Assembly: GCA_965116925.1 (NCBI GenBank)
Contig: OZ220744.1
Coordinates: 2,848,001-2,912,000, forward strand
Length of the DNA: 64,000 bases
Direction of reading: 5' to 3'
From: Candidatus Poribacteria bacterium
Lineage (GTDB): Bacteria > Poribacteria > WGA-4E > PCPOR2b
Below the pieces are notes generated by a model. The model searched no databases. It saw only the letters and a program-made list of their open reading frames with translations, and had not been told where the DNA came from. The position numbers and the translations under genes are program-made. Position 1 is the first letter of the stretch; the number at the start of each line of letters is the position of its first letter. Below are positions 28,789 through 39,671 of this stretch, piece by piece.

Positions 28789-30564
28789 TCAACCGTCAAG
28801 GAAGCCACGCAGCTGCTGACTCCGGGTTGGGTGACGCAATTTTCGCAGTGCCTTCGCTTCTATCTGGCGTATCCGCTCACGGGTGACCTGAAACTCCGTA
28901 CCAACCTCCTCTAGCGTCCGGGGGTATCCATCGCCAATCCCAAATCTCAAGCGGATAACCTTCGCTTCGCGCTCTGTCAACGTACGAAGAACCTCTTCGA
29001 TACGCTCCTTGAGCATGGTAAACGTCGCTTCGGCGACCGGAGACTTTGAAGTTTTGTCTTCAATAAAGTCTCGAAGTTGGCTGTCCTCATCTTCGCCAAC
29101 CGAGGTTTCTAAAGAGATTGGCTCCTGTGCAATCCTAAACACCTGTCGCACCTTATCAATGGATATGTCCATCTCACCAGCAATCTCCTCCGGCAGGGGT
29201 TCTCTGCCTTTTTCCTGAACAAGGTAACGGGAAGTGCGGATCAGTTTATTGATAGTCTCAATCATGTGAACAGGGATGCGAATCGTGCGTGCTTGATCAG
29301 CGATTGCCCGAGTAATTCCTTGACGAATCCACCATGTCGCATAAGTGCTGAATTTATAACCACGCTTATACTCGAATTTGTCGACAGCTTTCATCAAGCC
29401 GATATTTCCCTCCTGAATGAGGTCAAGAAACGTCAGCCCTGGCGTTCGATTCCTGTATTTTTTAGCGATGCTGACAACAAGCCGCAGGTTAGCTTCAACA
29501 ATCGTCATCTTTGCTTCTTGCGCCGTCGATTCTCCCGCGTGGATTCGCTGAGTCGCACAGTCGAGCTGCTCACGTGATGCACCAATTTCGCGCTCCAACC
29601 TCTTGATGGTCCTCCTCGCCTTGACGATCTTCCGGTTATGTTCCCTAAGCTCGTCCATACAGTCAGGAGCAGCTGGCTGTACTTTACCCAGCGCGTAAGC
29701 CCGCACCTGTTGACAGATTTCAGCCGCGGATAGCTCGCACTTCTTCTCAATCTTTGTCACCTGCTTTTCCAAACCTGCCATGCGGGCCGCAATATCTTTA
29801 ATTTTACCTGCAATCTTACTAATTTCTTCGCGATCGATTCTGAGTTCCTTGAGGATTTCCACCAACTCTAAACGATCAGAATCCAGCTTTTTGCGAAGGG
29901 CACTTTTCTGCTTGGTAGACAGTTTTTCATAGTTTAACTTGCGCTCCTCGAAGCGCATTTCTAAATCTCGCGCTTTCAAATCTGCCATCAATTCCTGTGC
30001 TTTTTTCAGATATTTTTCTTCCTTATCATTAGCCGATGTGCTTGACACCTCCATCGCAAGCACATCAGAAGCCTTTCTCTTACCAATCAAAATCTGATTG
30101 AGTAGTTTTCGGACCTCTGCAATTGCAATTGGCGTTTCAAATATTGCCTCCTCCACCTCACGATGCCCGTCTTCAATCTGCCTTGACAGGGAGACCTCCT
30201 GCTGCTTAGTCAGCAAATCAATACTCCCCATCTCTCGTAGATACACCTTCACCGGATCATCAACCTTATCGAGTTTCCCTGGATCCAGTGCTAGCTCATC
30301 ATCAGTATCGTCGTAATCTTCATCGTCGGAGTAATCAGGTGTATCAAAATCGGCTGTTTGATTGATAACTTTTAAATTCATTGTTAAATCTCCCTCATCA
30401 AGATCGGCTGGATTTTCTGAAAGGTTAATTTCTTCTAAATCAATTTGAAGTAGGTCATCAAGATCGCCCGGTGGTGAAGGATTCGGTTGCTCATCGTATT
30501 CAAGAAAGTGTTTCTCTTTACCTATATCGATTAAGCGATTATCTGCTTTATTTCCGGAAGCCAT
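28789..30564 (-). CDS. rpoD: RNA polymerase primary sigma factor
   Basis: [79 protein letters not shown]. Confidence 0.98.
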   Translation of the reverse strand: MASGNKADNRLIDIGKEKHFLEYDEQPNPSPPGDLDDLLQIDLEEINLSENPADLDEGDLTMNLKVINQTADFDTPDYSDDEDYDDTDDELALDPGKLDKVDDPVKVYLREMGSIDLLTKQQEVSLSRQIEDGHREVEEAIFETPIAIAEVRKLLNQILIGKRKASDVLAMEVSSTSANDKEEKYLKKAQELMADLKARDLEMRFEERKLNYEKLSTKQKSALRKKLDSDRLELVEILKELRIDREEISKIAGKIKDIAARMAGLEKQVTKIEKKCELSAAEICQQVRAYALGKVQPAAPDCMDELREHNRKIVKARRTIKRLEREIGASREQLDCATQRIHAGESTAQEAKMTIVEANLRLVVSIAKKYRNRTPGLTFLDLIQEGNIGLMKAVDKFEYKRGYKFSTYATWWIRQGITRAIADQARTIRIPVHMIETINKLIRTSRYLVQEKGREPLPEEIAGEMDISIDKVRQVFRIAQEPISLETSVGEDEDSQLRDFIEDKTSKSPVAEATFTMLKERIEEVLRTLTEREAKVIRLRFGIGDGYPRTLEEVGTEFQVTRERIRQIEAKALRKLRHPTRSQQLRGFLDG

Positions 30565-30608
30565 TGTAGTTTATTCTCCTAGTACCCCTCCCGAAGCAAG
30601 AACAGGGA

Positions 30609-32396
30609 TTAACGGGCTAACTGTCTTCTTCGGTTTGAGAGTTCAACGAGTTCTGCAAGAATGCTTTTACTGTTATTCCCTTGGGCAAGGGCTTCAGAAC
30701 GTCTCACACGTTCAACATCCCACAACAGAAAATCTTTGAGTTTCTTCAGACAGCCCTCCACTCGTGTCGTTAAATTTGGAGGGATTGTCCCTTTTAGAAG
30801 AGCCTTGGAGATTATGCCTGTAATTTTTTCGTTAGCACAAGCATTTATGAGATTCTGCATATCAATGATAGCCTCATGATCACTCGCTTCCCAGAGCATC
30901 CTGCCAATCGTTGCAAAGTCAGGATGGGTAAAGTCTTGGTAGTGAAAATTCGCTTTGGCAAGCGGGATGAGGTCGGGACCTTGTAGCAGTGCTTCAATCA
31001 GTTGCCACTCAATTGATTCACGCGGGTTCAACCTTACGGTTGGCGCAGCGTGAGTGTGTCTCGGTGGGGAAACTGGGCGAGACATCTTGACGCCCAAACG
31101 TTGCAACTCCCTCAAAAGCACTGACCGCTCGATGTCGAGTTCTTGTGCTGCGTACTTCGCGTATTCGCTGAGTTCAACCTGATTTTTGAGGTTCGATAAG
31201 GTCAGCGCAATTTCTTTGATAGCCTGTGTTTTTACATCAATGCGATGAATCGCATGCTGTTGCGTCGCCCGTTGGATCTGGAACTCGATTAGATTCATCG
31301 CGGAATCGACCCGTTGATTGAACGCATCAAGACCTTCTGTGCGGATAAATTGATCTGGATCTGTGTCGGGCGGTAGACTCGCCACCCGCACACGCAACCC
31401 TGCCGCCAGAAGGATGTGTAAACCTCGCAACGCCGCCTGAAAGCCCGCTGGATCGCCATCGTAGAGGAGAATAGTTTCTTCGGCAAACCGCTTTAATAAA
31501 TCGGCGTGTGAACTACTAAACGAAGTCCCTAGCGATGCAACAACATTTTGGACACCCGCTTGATACGGCATGAGGGCATCAAAGTAACCCTCAACGAGAA
31601 TCGATTTCTCCGCTTTTTGGATCGCCTGACGGGCCTCGTATAAGTTATAAAGCGTTTTGCTCTTATCGTAAAGCGCGGTGGTAGGAGAATTAAGATATTT
31701 GGGAAGCTGATCTTCGGATATTGCACGCCCACCAAATCCAACGGGATTACCGCGTTCATCGCGGATTGGAAAGATAACGCGCCCTCGAAAACGATCTGTG
31801 GTGCCTTGTTCATCGCTCCTGATGAGACCAACATCAATCAGTTGTTGGATTGAAAAACCGGACTGTGTGGCAACCTTAACCATGTCTTGGCGCCCCGGGG
31901 TCGTATACCCGAGTTGGAAATCCCGAATCGTTTGATCTTTGATGCCTCGGTTTTTCAAGTATGCCAACGCATAGCCGCCAATTTTGGGATCCAGGAGTTG
32001 ATGGTGAAAATGCTCCATCGCAAAACGATTCAGGTCTTGCAGCTCCAGACGTTTTTGGCTAATTTGGCGTGCTCTGCCATCTTGGGCGGGGAGTGGAATA
32101 CCGGCGCGCTCTGACAACCATTCCATCGCTTCCATAAAAGACTTGCCATCATATTTTCTGAGGAAGCTAATGACATTGCCACCGGCATTACACCCAAAAC
32201 AGTAAAACGCCTGCTTTTCGGGGGAGACGTTAAAGGAGGGAGTTTTTTCGTCGTGGAAGGGACAAAGCCCTTTATAGGCTTTGCCAACAGGCTTCAACAG
32301 AACTCCACACTCCGATATCACTTCGACAATATCGTTCTGTGTGCAAATATTATCAAGTATCTCGCGTGGAATGTAGTTAGAAGCTTGTCTCATCAC
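30609..32396 (-). CDS. dnaG: DNA primase
   Basis: CPFHDEKTPSF...CFGC zinc finger, DRFRGRVIFPI, KYLNSP, VEGYFD, YDGD.AG Toprim. Confidence 0.97.
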   Translation of the reverse strand: MMRQASNYIPREILDNICTQNDIVEVISECGVLLKPVGKAYKGLCPFHDEKTPSFNVSPEKQAFYCFGCNAGGNVISFLRKYDGKSFMEAMEWLSERAGIPLPAQDGRARQISQKRLELQDLNRFAMEHFHHQLLDPKIGGYALAYLKNRGIKDQTIRDFQLGYTTPGRQDMVKVATQSGFSIQQLIDVGLIRSDEQGTTDRFRGRVIFPIRDERGNPVGFGGRAISEDQLPKYLNSPTTALYDKSKTLYNLYEARQAIQKAEKSILVEGYFDALMPYQAGVQNVVASLGTSFSSSHADLLKRFAEETILLYDGDPAGFQAALRGLHILLAAGLRVRVASLPPDTDPDQFIRTEGLDAFNQRVDSAMNLIEFQIQRATQQHAIHRIDVKTQAIKEIALTLSNLKNQVELSEYAKYAAQELDIERSVLLRELQRLGVKMSRPVSPPRHTHAAPTVRLNPRESIEWQLIEALLQGPDLIPLAKANFHYQDFTHPDFATIGRMLWEASDHEAIIDMQNLINACANEKITGIISKALLKGTIPPNLTTRVEGCLKKLKDFLLWDVERVRRSEALAQGNNSKSILAELVELSNRRRQLAR

Positions 32397-32469
32397 AACT
32401 CACCTTCGTCTGATACAGGTTTAGGCTTGCTGTTTCCATACCGAAATATTAGTCCAAACCTCTTCTTCA

Positions 32470-34890
32470 CTATTCCTTCAATGTGACAATCGTTGCACCT
32501 GCGCCACCTTCATTGAGTGCTGCCAATTGAAAATCATCCACCTGCGCGTGGTCTTCCAAAAGGTCGTGAATTGCAGTCCGCAACGCGCCAGTACCTTTGC
32601 CATGAATGATTCGCACTTTCGGTAATCCCGCAAGAAACGCATCATCTATATATTTATCAGTTTCCGCCCAAGCCTCGTGGACCCTTTTTCCTTGCAGGTT
32701 CAACTCCGTTTTAACGTTTCCTGTTTTGCTATACTGAACATTCAAAATTGAGGTTGAAAGCTCACGCTTATTGTCTGCTGGATGTACAGGTTCAATTTCT
32801 CCGTATGACACGCGCATCTGCATGTTACCAACCTTGACGAGCAAAGGCGTTTTTCCATTTGAAACCGAGAGGACTTCCCCAAACTGGTTCAGGCTTTTCA
32901 CACGGACTTTATCGCCGACTCGCACGCCAATTGCATCGGGGGGCGGTTTTGCTGCCTGTTTTTGCTGTTGGCGTCTCTCATTCAGTTTCTGCTGCGCCCC
33001 TTCAATACGAGTAAAAGCGGTACTGACACTATCTTTTGAGGCATTTTCTCGCCGCACTTCTGCTATTGTCTGTTCAACAAGTTTACGAGCCTCTTTGAGG
33101 ATTGTAGCAGCTTCCTGCTCCGCTTGATAGCGAAAGTCTTTCCGTTCCGCCTCAATCTGGTTGACTAGCCCTTTGTACTTTCTAGCCTCGGTATCCGCCA
33201 CTCGGAGTTTGTCCTGCATCATCTCACGTTCAACGTCAAGCTCGTTTTGGGCTGCCTGCATACTGACGATGAGATCTTCCACGGCAACGGTCTGGCTGCC
33301 TGTATACGCCTTAGCGGCATCCGTAATTGCATCAGGCATACCTAACCTTTGTGCGATTTTGAAGGCGTTACTGCTCCCGGGCACACCGATCTGAAGACGA
33401 TAGGTAGGTTGCAGCGTCTGCCAATCAAATTCCATTGAGGCATTCTCCATGTCTTCCTGTGCATGTGCATATGCCTTCAGTGCACCGTAGTGGGTTGTCG
33501 CAACAGTGCGAACCTTACGCGCCGCCAACCAGTCCAAGATTGACATACCGAGTGCTGCCCCCTCCGTCGGGTCTGTGCCCGCCCCAATTTCATCCAACAG
33601 CACCAGTGAATTTTCATCCGCTTCTTTCAAGATGGAGATAATCTTAGTGATATGAGACGAAAAAGTGCTGAGATTCTGCTCGATGCTCTGTTCGTCACCG
33701 ATGTCGGCGAACATTTGGCTGAAGACCCCAACCTCACTCCCCAGCTTTGCAGGGATGTGTAACCCAGACTGTGCCATGAGTGTGAGTAAACCAACCGTTT
33801 TGAGCACAACAGTTTTCCCGCCTGTATTCGGTCCGGTGATAACCATGGTGTGAAACGTGTCGCCTAGTGTTGCATCAGTAGGTACAATTCGCTCTGGCAG
33901 GTTCGGATCGCGTTCCTCTGCCTTCAATTTTGCACTGTCTCGAAGATTCATTTCAAGGAGCGGATGTCTCGCTTCTATCAACTTGATCGTACCCCGTATG
34001 TTAAGCACCGGTTCGACCCCGTTGAGCTCTATGCTTAATCGTGCTTTTGCTCCTAGAAAGTCCAGTCCCCCCAAGATGTCCAAGGCAAGCTCCAACGATG
34101 CTAGAACCTCACGAACCAAGTCGCTGAGTTCGAGCAGAATACGTCGTATCTCTTGCCGTTCCTCATCTGCTAGTTGATGCAGCGCGTTGTTGAGATCCAC
34201 AACACCAAACGGCTCAATGAACGCAGTCGCTCCGCTCGAAGATTGCCCTTGAACAACGCCGGGAAAATTGTGCTTTGAATCTTGTTTGATGGGAATGACA
34301 TAGCGATCGTTGCGGGAGGTGATAACATGCTCTTGGATAGACCGCTGATGATGGGGAGATTGGAGGATACCCTCTAACCTCGATTGAATGTTTGTTCGTG
34401 TGTGCGCCAACTTCCGGCGAATGGATCGGAGCGTCGGGCTAGCGTGATCAAGGACATCACCATCAGGACTGAGACATCTGTCAATAGATTGGGTGAGTTC
34501 GGGGAAGGTCGGAAGATTACTAACGATCGAAGAGAGCTTTGGGAAATCCTTCGGATTTCGACTTTTTACGGCTCGCTGGACATTTCGGGCGGCTGCTGCC
34601 ACACGAGCGACACCAAGCAACTCGTCCACTTCCAGAATCGCACCGGGCTTGGACGCTTTATGGAGGGTCGGGGAAATATCCTTCAAACCTTGCAGCGGGA
34701 AACCGTTGGAGGTCTGGTAGAAGGCTTTCGCTTCGCTGCACAACCGCTGTTGATAACGAACCGTATCAAGCTGCTGGAAGGGTTTCAGCTTTGCTGCCCG
34801 TGATGCCCCCAGTTGGGAGTGTGCATGCCGCTTAAGGGATGCCTTCAGCTTATCATATTCTAAGACTTTTTCAGTGTGAGGTGATAGCAT
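32470..34890 (-). CDS. mutS2: Endonuclease MutS2
   Basis: SSSGAT.FIEP, ARHPLL, ITGPNTGGKT, DIGDEQSIEQNLSTFS, KOW-like region and Smr domain IIHGKGTGALR. Confidence 0.96.
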   Translation of the reverse strand: MLSPHTEKVLEYDKLKASLKRHAHSQLGASRAAKLKPFQQLDTVRYQQRLCSEAKAFYQTSNGFPLQGLKDISPTLHKASKPGAILEVDELLGVARVAAAARNVQRAVKSRNPKDFPKLSSIVSNLPTFPELTQSIDRCLSPDGDVLDHASPTLRSIRRKLAHTRTNIQSRLEGILQSPHHQRSIQEHVITSRNDRYVIPIKQDSKHNFPGVVQGQSSSGATAFIEPFGVVDLNNALHQLADEERQEIRRILLELSDLVREVLASLELALDILGGLDFLGAKARLSIELNGVEPVLNIRGTIKLIEARHPLLEMNLRDSAKLKAEERDPNLPERIVPTDATLGDTFHTMVITGPNTGGKTVVLKTVGLLTLMAQSGLHIPAKLGSEVGVFSQMFADIGDEQSIEQNLSTFSSHITKIISILKEADENSLVLLDEIGAGTDPTEGAALGMSILDWLAARKVRTVATTHYGALKAYAHAQEDMENASMEFDWQTLQPTYRLQIGVPGSSNAFKIAQRLGMPDAITDAAKAYTGSQTVAVEDLIVSMQAAQNELDVEREMMQDKLRVADTEARKYKGLVNQIEAERKDFRYQAEQEAATILKEARKLVEQTIAEVRRENASKDSVSTAFTRIEGAQQKLNERRQQQKQAAKPPPDAIGVRVGDKVRVKSLNQFGEVLSVSNGKTPLLVKVGNMQMRVSYGEIEPVHPADNKRELSTSILNVQYSKTGNVKTELNLQGKRVHEAWAETDKYIDDAFLAGLPKVRIIHGKGTGALRTAIHDLLEDHAQVDDFQLAALNEGGAGATIVTLKE

Positions 34891-34965
34891 CAGATTGACC
34901 TCATTCGCTGAATTGACCAAGTTTCCACACGATGGGCAAATCAGCCTGCCCTAACAACTTCACTT

Positions 34966-36081
34966 TCACTGCTGCACACGTTGAAGTTTATCACGACGGA
35001 AAAGTGCTTTTTCATAGAGCGAACGGTGTGGCGCAAATCCAAAGACCTTTTCATAGAAACTACGCCCACCGAGACCGACCGCTTGCACATAGTATTCCAA
35101 AGGATCCCGCCCTGCCGACTCAGCGCGCCGAGCATCACGCAGGTTGATCAGAAAGTCGTTTGCGGTTTTTTCAAAGCGATTGATAGCTTTGCGATGTTCG
35201 TCGGTGAGTCCACCATGAATATCTTTACCAACTTTGTAGTCATGAATCGCTTTGGCATAAGCAGCGAAGGCTTCGTGATAGTTGCCTTCGCTTTCCAATT
35301 CTTCAGCAGCTGCTACGTCTGGAGGCTGCGGCAAGCTCGCAATCAGTGTTTTCGCCCCGGGAATTAAGTCACGGCTTTTTTGCTGAATCGCTTTTTCCAG
35401 ATTAACCTTAAAGAGATCTATAATATCTTTATAAATTGCGAGTGCATTATCAAAATCACCGAGTTTTTCATAGCAACGCGCTTGGCTCAACCGAAAATCC
35501 GAAAATGCGTAATCACGCATGGCAATCTGAGGCAGTTTATCCGCTGCGGGGGTATATGCCTCAAGTGCTTTTTGGTATTCACCTTTCTGCTCATAGCAGT
35601 TGCCAATCGCTTTTTGAGCGTATAAAGCGAGAATCTGGTTCTCCGGTTGGTGCTCGTTCACAACCATTTGAAAGTAGGAGATTGCACCGTCATAGTCACC
35701 TTCATAATAACGCGCTTTTGCATAACTGTATCGTGCTTTATCCGCAACAGAAGTCTCAGGATATTTTTGGAAGATGGCTTGAAGCTGCGTCGTAGCAGTT
35801 TCAAACGGCTTTTCCGTTCCGTCCCCGTCCGCATCAAACCAATCACTCTCGGCTTCCTGATATTTCTCAATCGCTTCAGTATATTTCAAAAAGGCTTCTG
35901 CGCGGGCAGTCTGTTGCTGATGCTGATAAAAAGCAAAACCACCGACCACCAAGATAACTATTGTTGCACCAATAATAATTGATTTTAGGTTCGCCTTGAG
36001 GAACTCATAGACCTGCAGCGTCCTATCAACAAACTGATCGCTTTTTATATCTTCTTTTGTTAAACGTCTACCTTGATCCAT
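34966..36081 (-). CDS. Membrane-anchored tetratricopeptide-repeat protein (YfgM-like N-terminus)
   Basis: KEDIKSDQF, single TM segment, TPR motifs (ARCYEKLGDFDNALAIYK). Confidence 0.8.
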   Translation of the reverse strand: MDQGRRLTKEDIKSDQFVDRTLQVYEFLKANLKSIIIGATIVILVVGGFAFYQHQQQTARAEAFLKYTEAIEKYQEAESDWFDADGDGTEKPFETATTQLQAIFQKYPETSVADKARYSYAKARYYEGDYDGAISYFQMVVNEHQPENQILALYAQKAIGNCYEQKGEYQKALEAYTPAADKLPQIAMRDYAFSDFRLSQARCYEKLGDFDNALAIYKDIIDLFKVNLEKAIQQKSRDLIPGAKTLIASLPQPPDVAAAEELESEGNYHEAFAAYAKAIHDYKVGKDIHGGLTDEHRKAINRFEKTANDFLINLRDARRAESAGRDPLEYYVQAVGLGGRSFYEKVFGFAPHRSLYEKALFRRDKLQRVQQ

Positions 36082-36100
36082 CTACTTCCTCTCGAACCTC

Positions 36101-36328
36101 TCAGGCGCACGGTTTTGGCGTATGGTGTCCACAAGTCCCACACATTGGCATTTCAGTTGTTGGTGTACCTACAGTATCTAATGTCCCAACCCCAAAGACA
36201 GAAAACAGTTGTGTGGTGTCACTACCTTCACATTCAGGGCAGGAGGGGGATGATTTCTGTTGGCTCGAAGCGAAAAGTTTCTCAAACGTATTATCACACC
36301 GCTTGCAACGAAATTCGTAAATTGGCAT
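36101..36328 (-). CDS. FmdB-family zinc-ribbon protein
   Basis: MPIYEFRCKRC..FE...CPEC. Confidence 0.88.
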   Translation of the reverse strand: MPIYEFRCKRCDNTFEKLFASSQQKSSPSCPECEGSDTTQLFSVFGVGTLDTVGTPTTEMPMCGTCGHHTPKPCA

Positions 36329-36388
36329 TTCGCTTCCCTCATAAAAACAGTGCACCGATGTGCGTAGTTTAGGCGTCCAGGACAGATA

Positions 36389-36460
36389 AGCGGGTGACGG
36401 GACTTGAACCCGCGACCCTCAGCTTGGGAAGCTGATGCTCTACCACTGAGCTACACCCGC
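36389..36460 (-). tRNA. tRNA-Gly(CCC), CCA not encoded
   Basis: GCGGGTG acceptor stem, TCAGC-TTCCCAA-GCTGA anticodon arm, GGTTCAAGTCC. Confidence 0.95.
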
Positions 36461-36590
36461 CCAGAAAATCGCTAAATTATACTTATTGACTTATCCCATT
36501 GTCAAGGGATTTTAGCGCAGGGCGAGAGCAATCGTAGATAAATATTGTATCAGACGGACGCGCCGTTGAAGCCGGTGATTAACATTGTGC

Positions 36591-36875
36591 TCACTTCTTC
36601 ACTGAAGAAAGCTCTTCTTTCAACAACAAGAGTTGTGCTTCTGGCAGGTTTGTGATTTCAGAAATGAGCGTCATCTCCATTCCCTTGGCAAGCATTGCCT
36701 TTGCAGTTTCAACCTTCTCTTCAATTCGTCCTTTCTGCTCACCTTCAAGCAGACCTTCTTGCTTGCCCTCAAGCAGACCTTCTTGCTTGCCCTCAAGCAG
36801 ACCTTCTTGCTTACCTTCACGCAGACCGTTTTGAAAAAACCGCTCCCTTTCTCTTTCTAACGCTGTAACTAACAT
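36591..36875 (-). CDS. Putative in-frame intragenic small protein (RpnS-like antitoxin), 94 aa
   Basis: GAGGAGGTGA SD 5 nt before the in-frame ATG (TEEEVKT-MLVTALE). Confidence 0.7.
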   Translation of the reverse strand: MLVTALERERERFFQNGLREGKQEGLLEGKQEGLLEGKQEGLLEGEQKGRIEEKVETAKAMLAKGMEMTLISEITNLPEAQLLLLKEELSSVKK

Positions 36876-37589
36876 CGTCTTCACCTCCTCTTCAGTCCGA
36901 TAAATGGACTCCAATGACTCATAATCTTCAGGTTCAATCCGTCCGTGGAAAGCCAACTGCCTAAACCAGTTTAAGAACAAACTGACTGCCTCTTTATCCA
37001 CCTCCGACGAAAACACATTCAGCAGCTCTACTTCCAACAAATCTAAATCATAATGCGATTCTGCTAAGAACAACGTCGATACGATGTTCCGGATCTTCAA
37101 TAACGCTTCCTGGCTGTATCGGTTCTCAGCAATCAGGAAATACTGAAAATCTAACCCAAATGCACCGAGGGGTGGGGTCTGCTCAATTAACTCAGAAAGA
37201 TTCACCGGTGCCGTCCACGGCGCGGCTCCATTGTACAACACGATTGGAAAGACTGCCGGCAGTTTTTTGACGCTTCTGTTATTGACGAGAAAATCCATGT
37301 AAAAGTTGGTGATATAGTTCAGCACCCGCAACGCCATGAACGGATCTACAGTGGATTGAAACTCAATAAGAATGTAAATATAGACTTCGCGGTCGTGAAA
37401 TTGGACTTTGTAGATTAAGTCACTCTCGGTCTCTTTGTAGTGTTCGGAGATAAAGGATTTATCGAGGGGTTCACACTTGTCGAAATCGAGCGAATGGACC
37501 CACTCTTGGTTGACGAAGGTCTCAAGGAGCTGTCGAAAGATGGTACGATTTGAGAATAGTTTCTTATAGCCGCTGTCGTGAATGTTCAT
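36591..37589 (-). CDS. Rpn/YhgA-family PD-(D/E)XK nuclease, copy 1
   Basis: HDSGYKKLFS, ESDLIY, YILIEFQST.D..MALR.L.Y, LPAVFPIVLYNG; C-terminal EGKQEGLL repeats and AK.ML.KG...I.EIT.L. Confidence 0.9.
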   Translation of the reverse strand: MNIHDSGYKKLFSNRTIFRQLLETFVNQEWVHSLDFDKCEPLDKSFISEHYKETESDLIYKVQFHDREVYIYILIEFQSTVDPFMALRVLNYITNFYMDFLVNNRSVKKLPAVFPIVLYNGAAPWTAPVNLSELIEQTPPLGAFGLDFQYFLIAENRYSQEALLKIRNIVSTLFLAESHYDLDLLEVELLNVFSSEVDKEAVSLFLNWFRQLAFHGRIEPEDYESLESIYRTEEEVKTMLVTALERERERFFQNGLREGKQEGLLEGKQEGLLEGKQEGLLEGEQKGRIEEKVETAKAMLAKGMEMTLISEITNLPEAQLLLLKEELSSVKK

Positions 37590-37751
37590 CCCTAACACCT
37601 GTTGAGCCAAGAGGATATACGGATGCCTTCCGGTGTAAAAGAAAGTTCGTCAAGTCCATCTATAACGCAAAGGTTCATGTTAATAATTCGTGCAATAGAA
37701 ACCGTAGGGAACACCGCTCTGCGTTCCCTACGGAAATGCGTAAGTCCTACA

Positions 37752-38822
37752 CTAAGAAATCTGCACCTTCTCCCCGGTCTCCGCGCTCAAATAGATCGCG
37801 TCCAACAATTTCATAAACGTCAGCGCATCGGTGGGGGAAACATCGGGCGGGTTTGTCCCACGAATCGCGCCAGCGAAATCGTGGATCTCCCCGTTGAAAT
37901 CGCCGTCACTGTGCGCCACATATTCGTCGATGAAATCGTCACCTTCGGTGTAGATCGCGCCAAGTAGCCGGCGTGTTCCCGAACGCTTCACACCCGAAGG
38001 TTGGGATGTAGATTCCTGCTCGATTGTACCAGCCGTACCTAAAATTCGTATACGGAGATCCCATGCACGGTCTGTCCATGTCGGAATGACGGAGGAGGTA
38101 TCCATCTGGATCGTGATACCGTTGGCACACCCGACCAGAAAACTGAGGTAATCCTCAGAATGATGGTCTACCTCTAGTGTCGTTGGAAATGCACTATGAC
38201 TGGCAGCAAACGCCCATTCGGGTTGTGGACACCCCATCAGAAACCACGCCTGATCGAGATAGTGTGAGCCATGTTGACCCAACGCACCGCCCTTTAACCC
38301 CCACCGATACAGCCAATCTCTGCCCGGGCCCGGTTCATAGTTGACCCCGCGTTCCCGGTAATGATAGTGCACCCGTGCATGGTAGACCTGTCCAATTTCA
38401 CCCGATGCGATGATTTGACGGGTCTTTTTATTTTCTGCTTCGTGCCGCATGAAGTAGGAATATACAAGGGTTTTCCCGGTGGATGCCGCCACGGCGTTGA
38501 TCTCTTCCACATCGGCAGCGTTGCGACCGTGCGGTTTCTGCACCAGCACATGCTTGCCCGCATTCAACGCATCAATTACCATCGGTTTCCGCACATCAGG
38601 GGCTGTGGCAACCCCAACCGCTTCCACTTCGTCGTCCGCAAGCAATTCCCGATAATCACCATACACTCTGGAAACATCGTTTTCAGCAGCGACCTGTTGA
38701 GCAAGCTCCTGATTCAGATCTGCCACCGCCCAAGCGGTAGTATCTTCGCCTGCTTTCGCACCCGCTACCCACGCCCGACCAACTCTGCACCCAATTACCC
38801 CAATCTTAATTTTGTCCCCCAT
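37752..38822 (-). CDS. Gfo/Idh/MocA family oxidoreductase
   Basis: IKIGVIG, ALNAGKHVLVQKP, GGALGQHGSHYLD. Confidence 0.9.
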   Translation of the reverse strand: MGDKIKIGVIGCRVGRAWVAGAKAGEDTTAWAVADLNQELAQQVAAENDVSRVYGDYRELLADDEVEAVGVATAPDVRKPMVIDALNAGKHVLVQKPHGRNAADVEEINAVAASTGKTLVYSYFMRHEAENKKTRQIIASGEIGQVYHARVHYHYRERGVNYEPGPGRDWLYRWGLKGGALGQHGSHYLDQAWFLMGCPQPEWAFAASHSAFPTTLEVDHHSEDYLSFLVGCANGITIQMDTSSVIPTWTDRAWDLRIRILGTAGTIEQESTSQPSGVKRSGTRRLLGAIYTEGDDFIDEYVAHSDGDFNGEIHDFAGAIRGTNPPDVSPTDALTFMKLLDAIYLSAETGEKVQIS

Positions 38823-38844
38823 AATAATATGCTCCTTTCACGCT

Positions 38845-39612
38845 TCACGCATCGTTGGCTAGCAACTGAGGAAGATGCGTTTTCATCAGGTTATCTTGCG
38901 GTTGATAACCGAGAATCTCTACGGCACCACTGATATCCAGATAGCTCTGTTGGTAGGCGGTCGAATTGGCAGACCTGCCATACGTGATGAGAAATTTCAC
39001 AGGTCCCTCATAATCAACTGCACGTCCAAAAAGTTGGGCGCAGTCGCGCGGCGTCAGGAGCGTGCTACAGGTGCGTAAATGCTCCGCTTCATACCCTCCT
39101 GTGAATGTGCCAATCCGGATGCTGATAAAGCGCATATCGAACTCATTGACGAGGTAGCGTCCGGCAACCTCCGCCATCCCTTTCATCGCCCCGTACCAAC
39201 CATCGGGGTTGATCTGTTCCGCTGTGGAAAATCGTGGTGGTGAACTTATCTGTTCATTCCAACCGGTGACATGATTTGTAGACGCAAACACAATCTTCTG
39301 GACACCCTCTTCGCGGGCAGCCTCAAATAGCAGCATTGATGCCCCGATGTCAGTCACTTCGCCCGACACCTTGCCAAATTGGTTTGAAGATACAAGCGCG
39401 AGGTGCACAACGACATCTTGATCTTTGCAAAGTTCCCGCATTCGCTGATAGTCCCGAACATCTCCCAACTCAACGCGGGATTTCGTGCTATCAGCCTCCT
39501 TGATGTCTACCAATGTCAACGTGTATTTATCTTCTTTTTCCCACGCACCCCACAATGTACTGCCGACTTTACCTGCACCACCGGTAATGAGCACCCGTTT
39601 TTTTTCAACCAT
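38845..39612 (-). CDS. NAD-dependent epimerase/dehydratase, uronate dehydrogenase-like; paralog of 555-1280
   Basis: ITGGAGKVG, FASTNHVTG, YGAMK, IRIG. Confidence 0.88.
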   Translation of the reverse strand: MVEKKRVLITGGAGKVGSTLWGAWEKEDKYTLTLVDIKEADSTKSRVELGDVRDYQRMRELCKDQDVVVHLALVSSNQFGKVSGEVTDIGASMLLFEAAREEGVQKIVFASTNHVTGWNEQISSPPRFSTAEQINPDGWYGAMKGMAEVAGRYLVNEFDMRFISIRIGTFTGGYEAEHLRTCSTLLTPRDCAQLFGRAVDYEGPVKFLITYGRSANSTAYQQSYLDISGAVEILGYQPQDNLMKTHLPQLLANDA

Positions 39613-39671
39613 ACTTATCTTGTTCCTTTCTGAGTATGAGATAACCGCGGTCATCCCCTATTAACATTGAA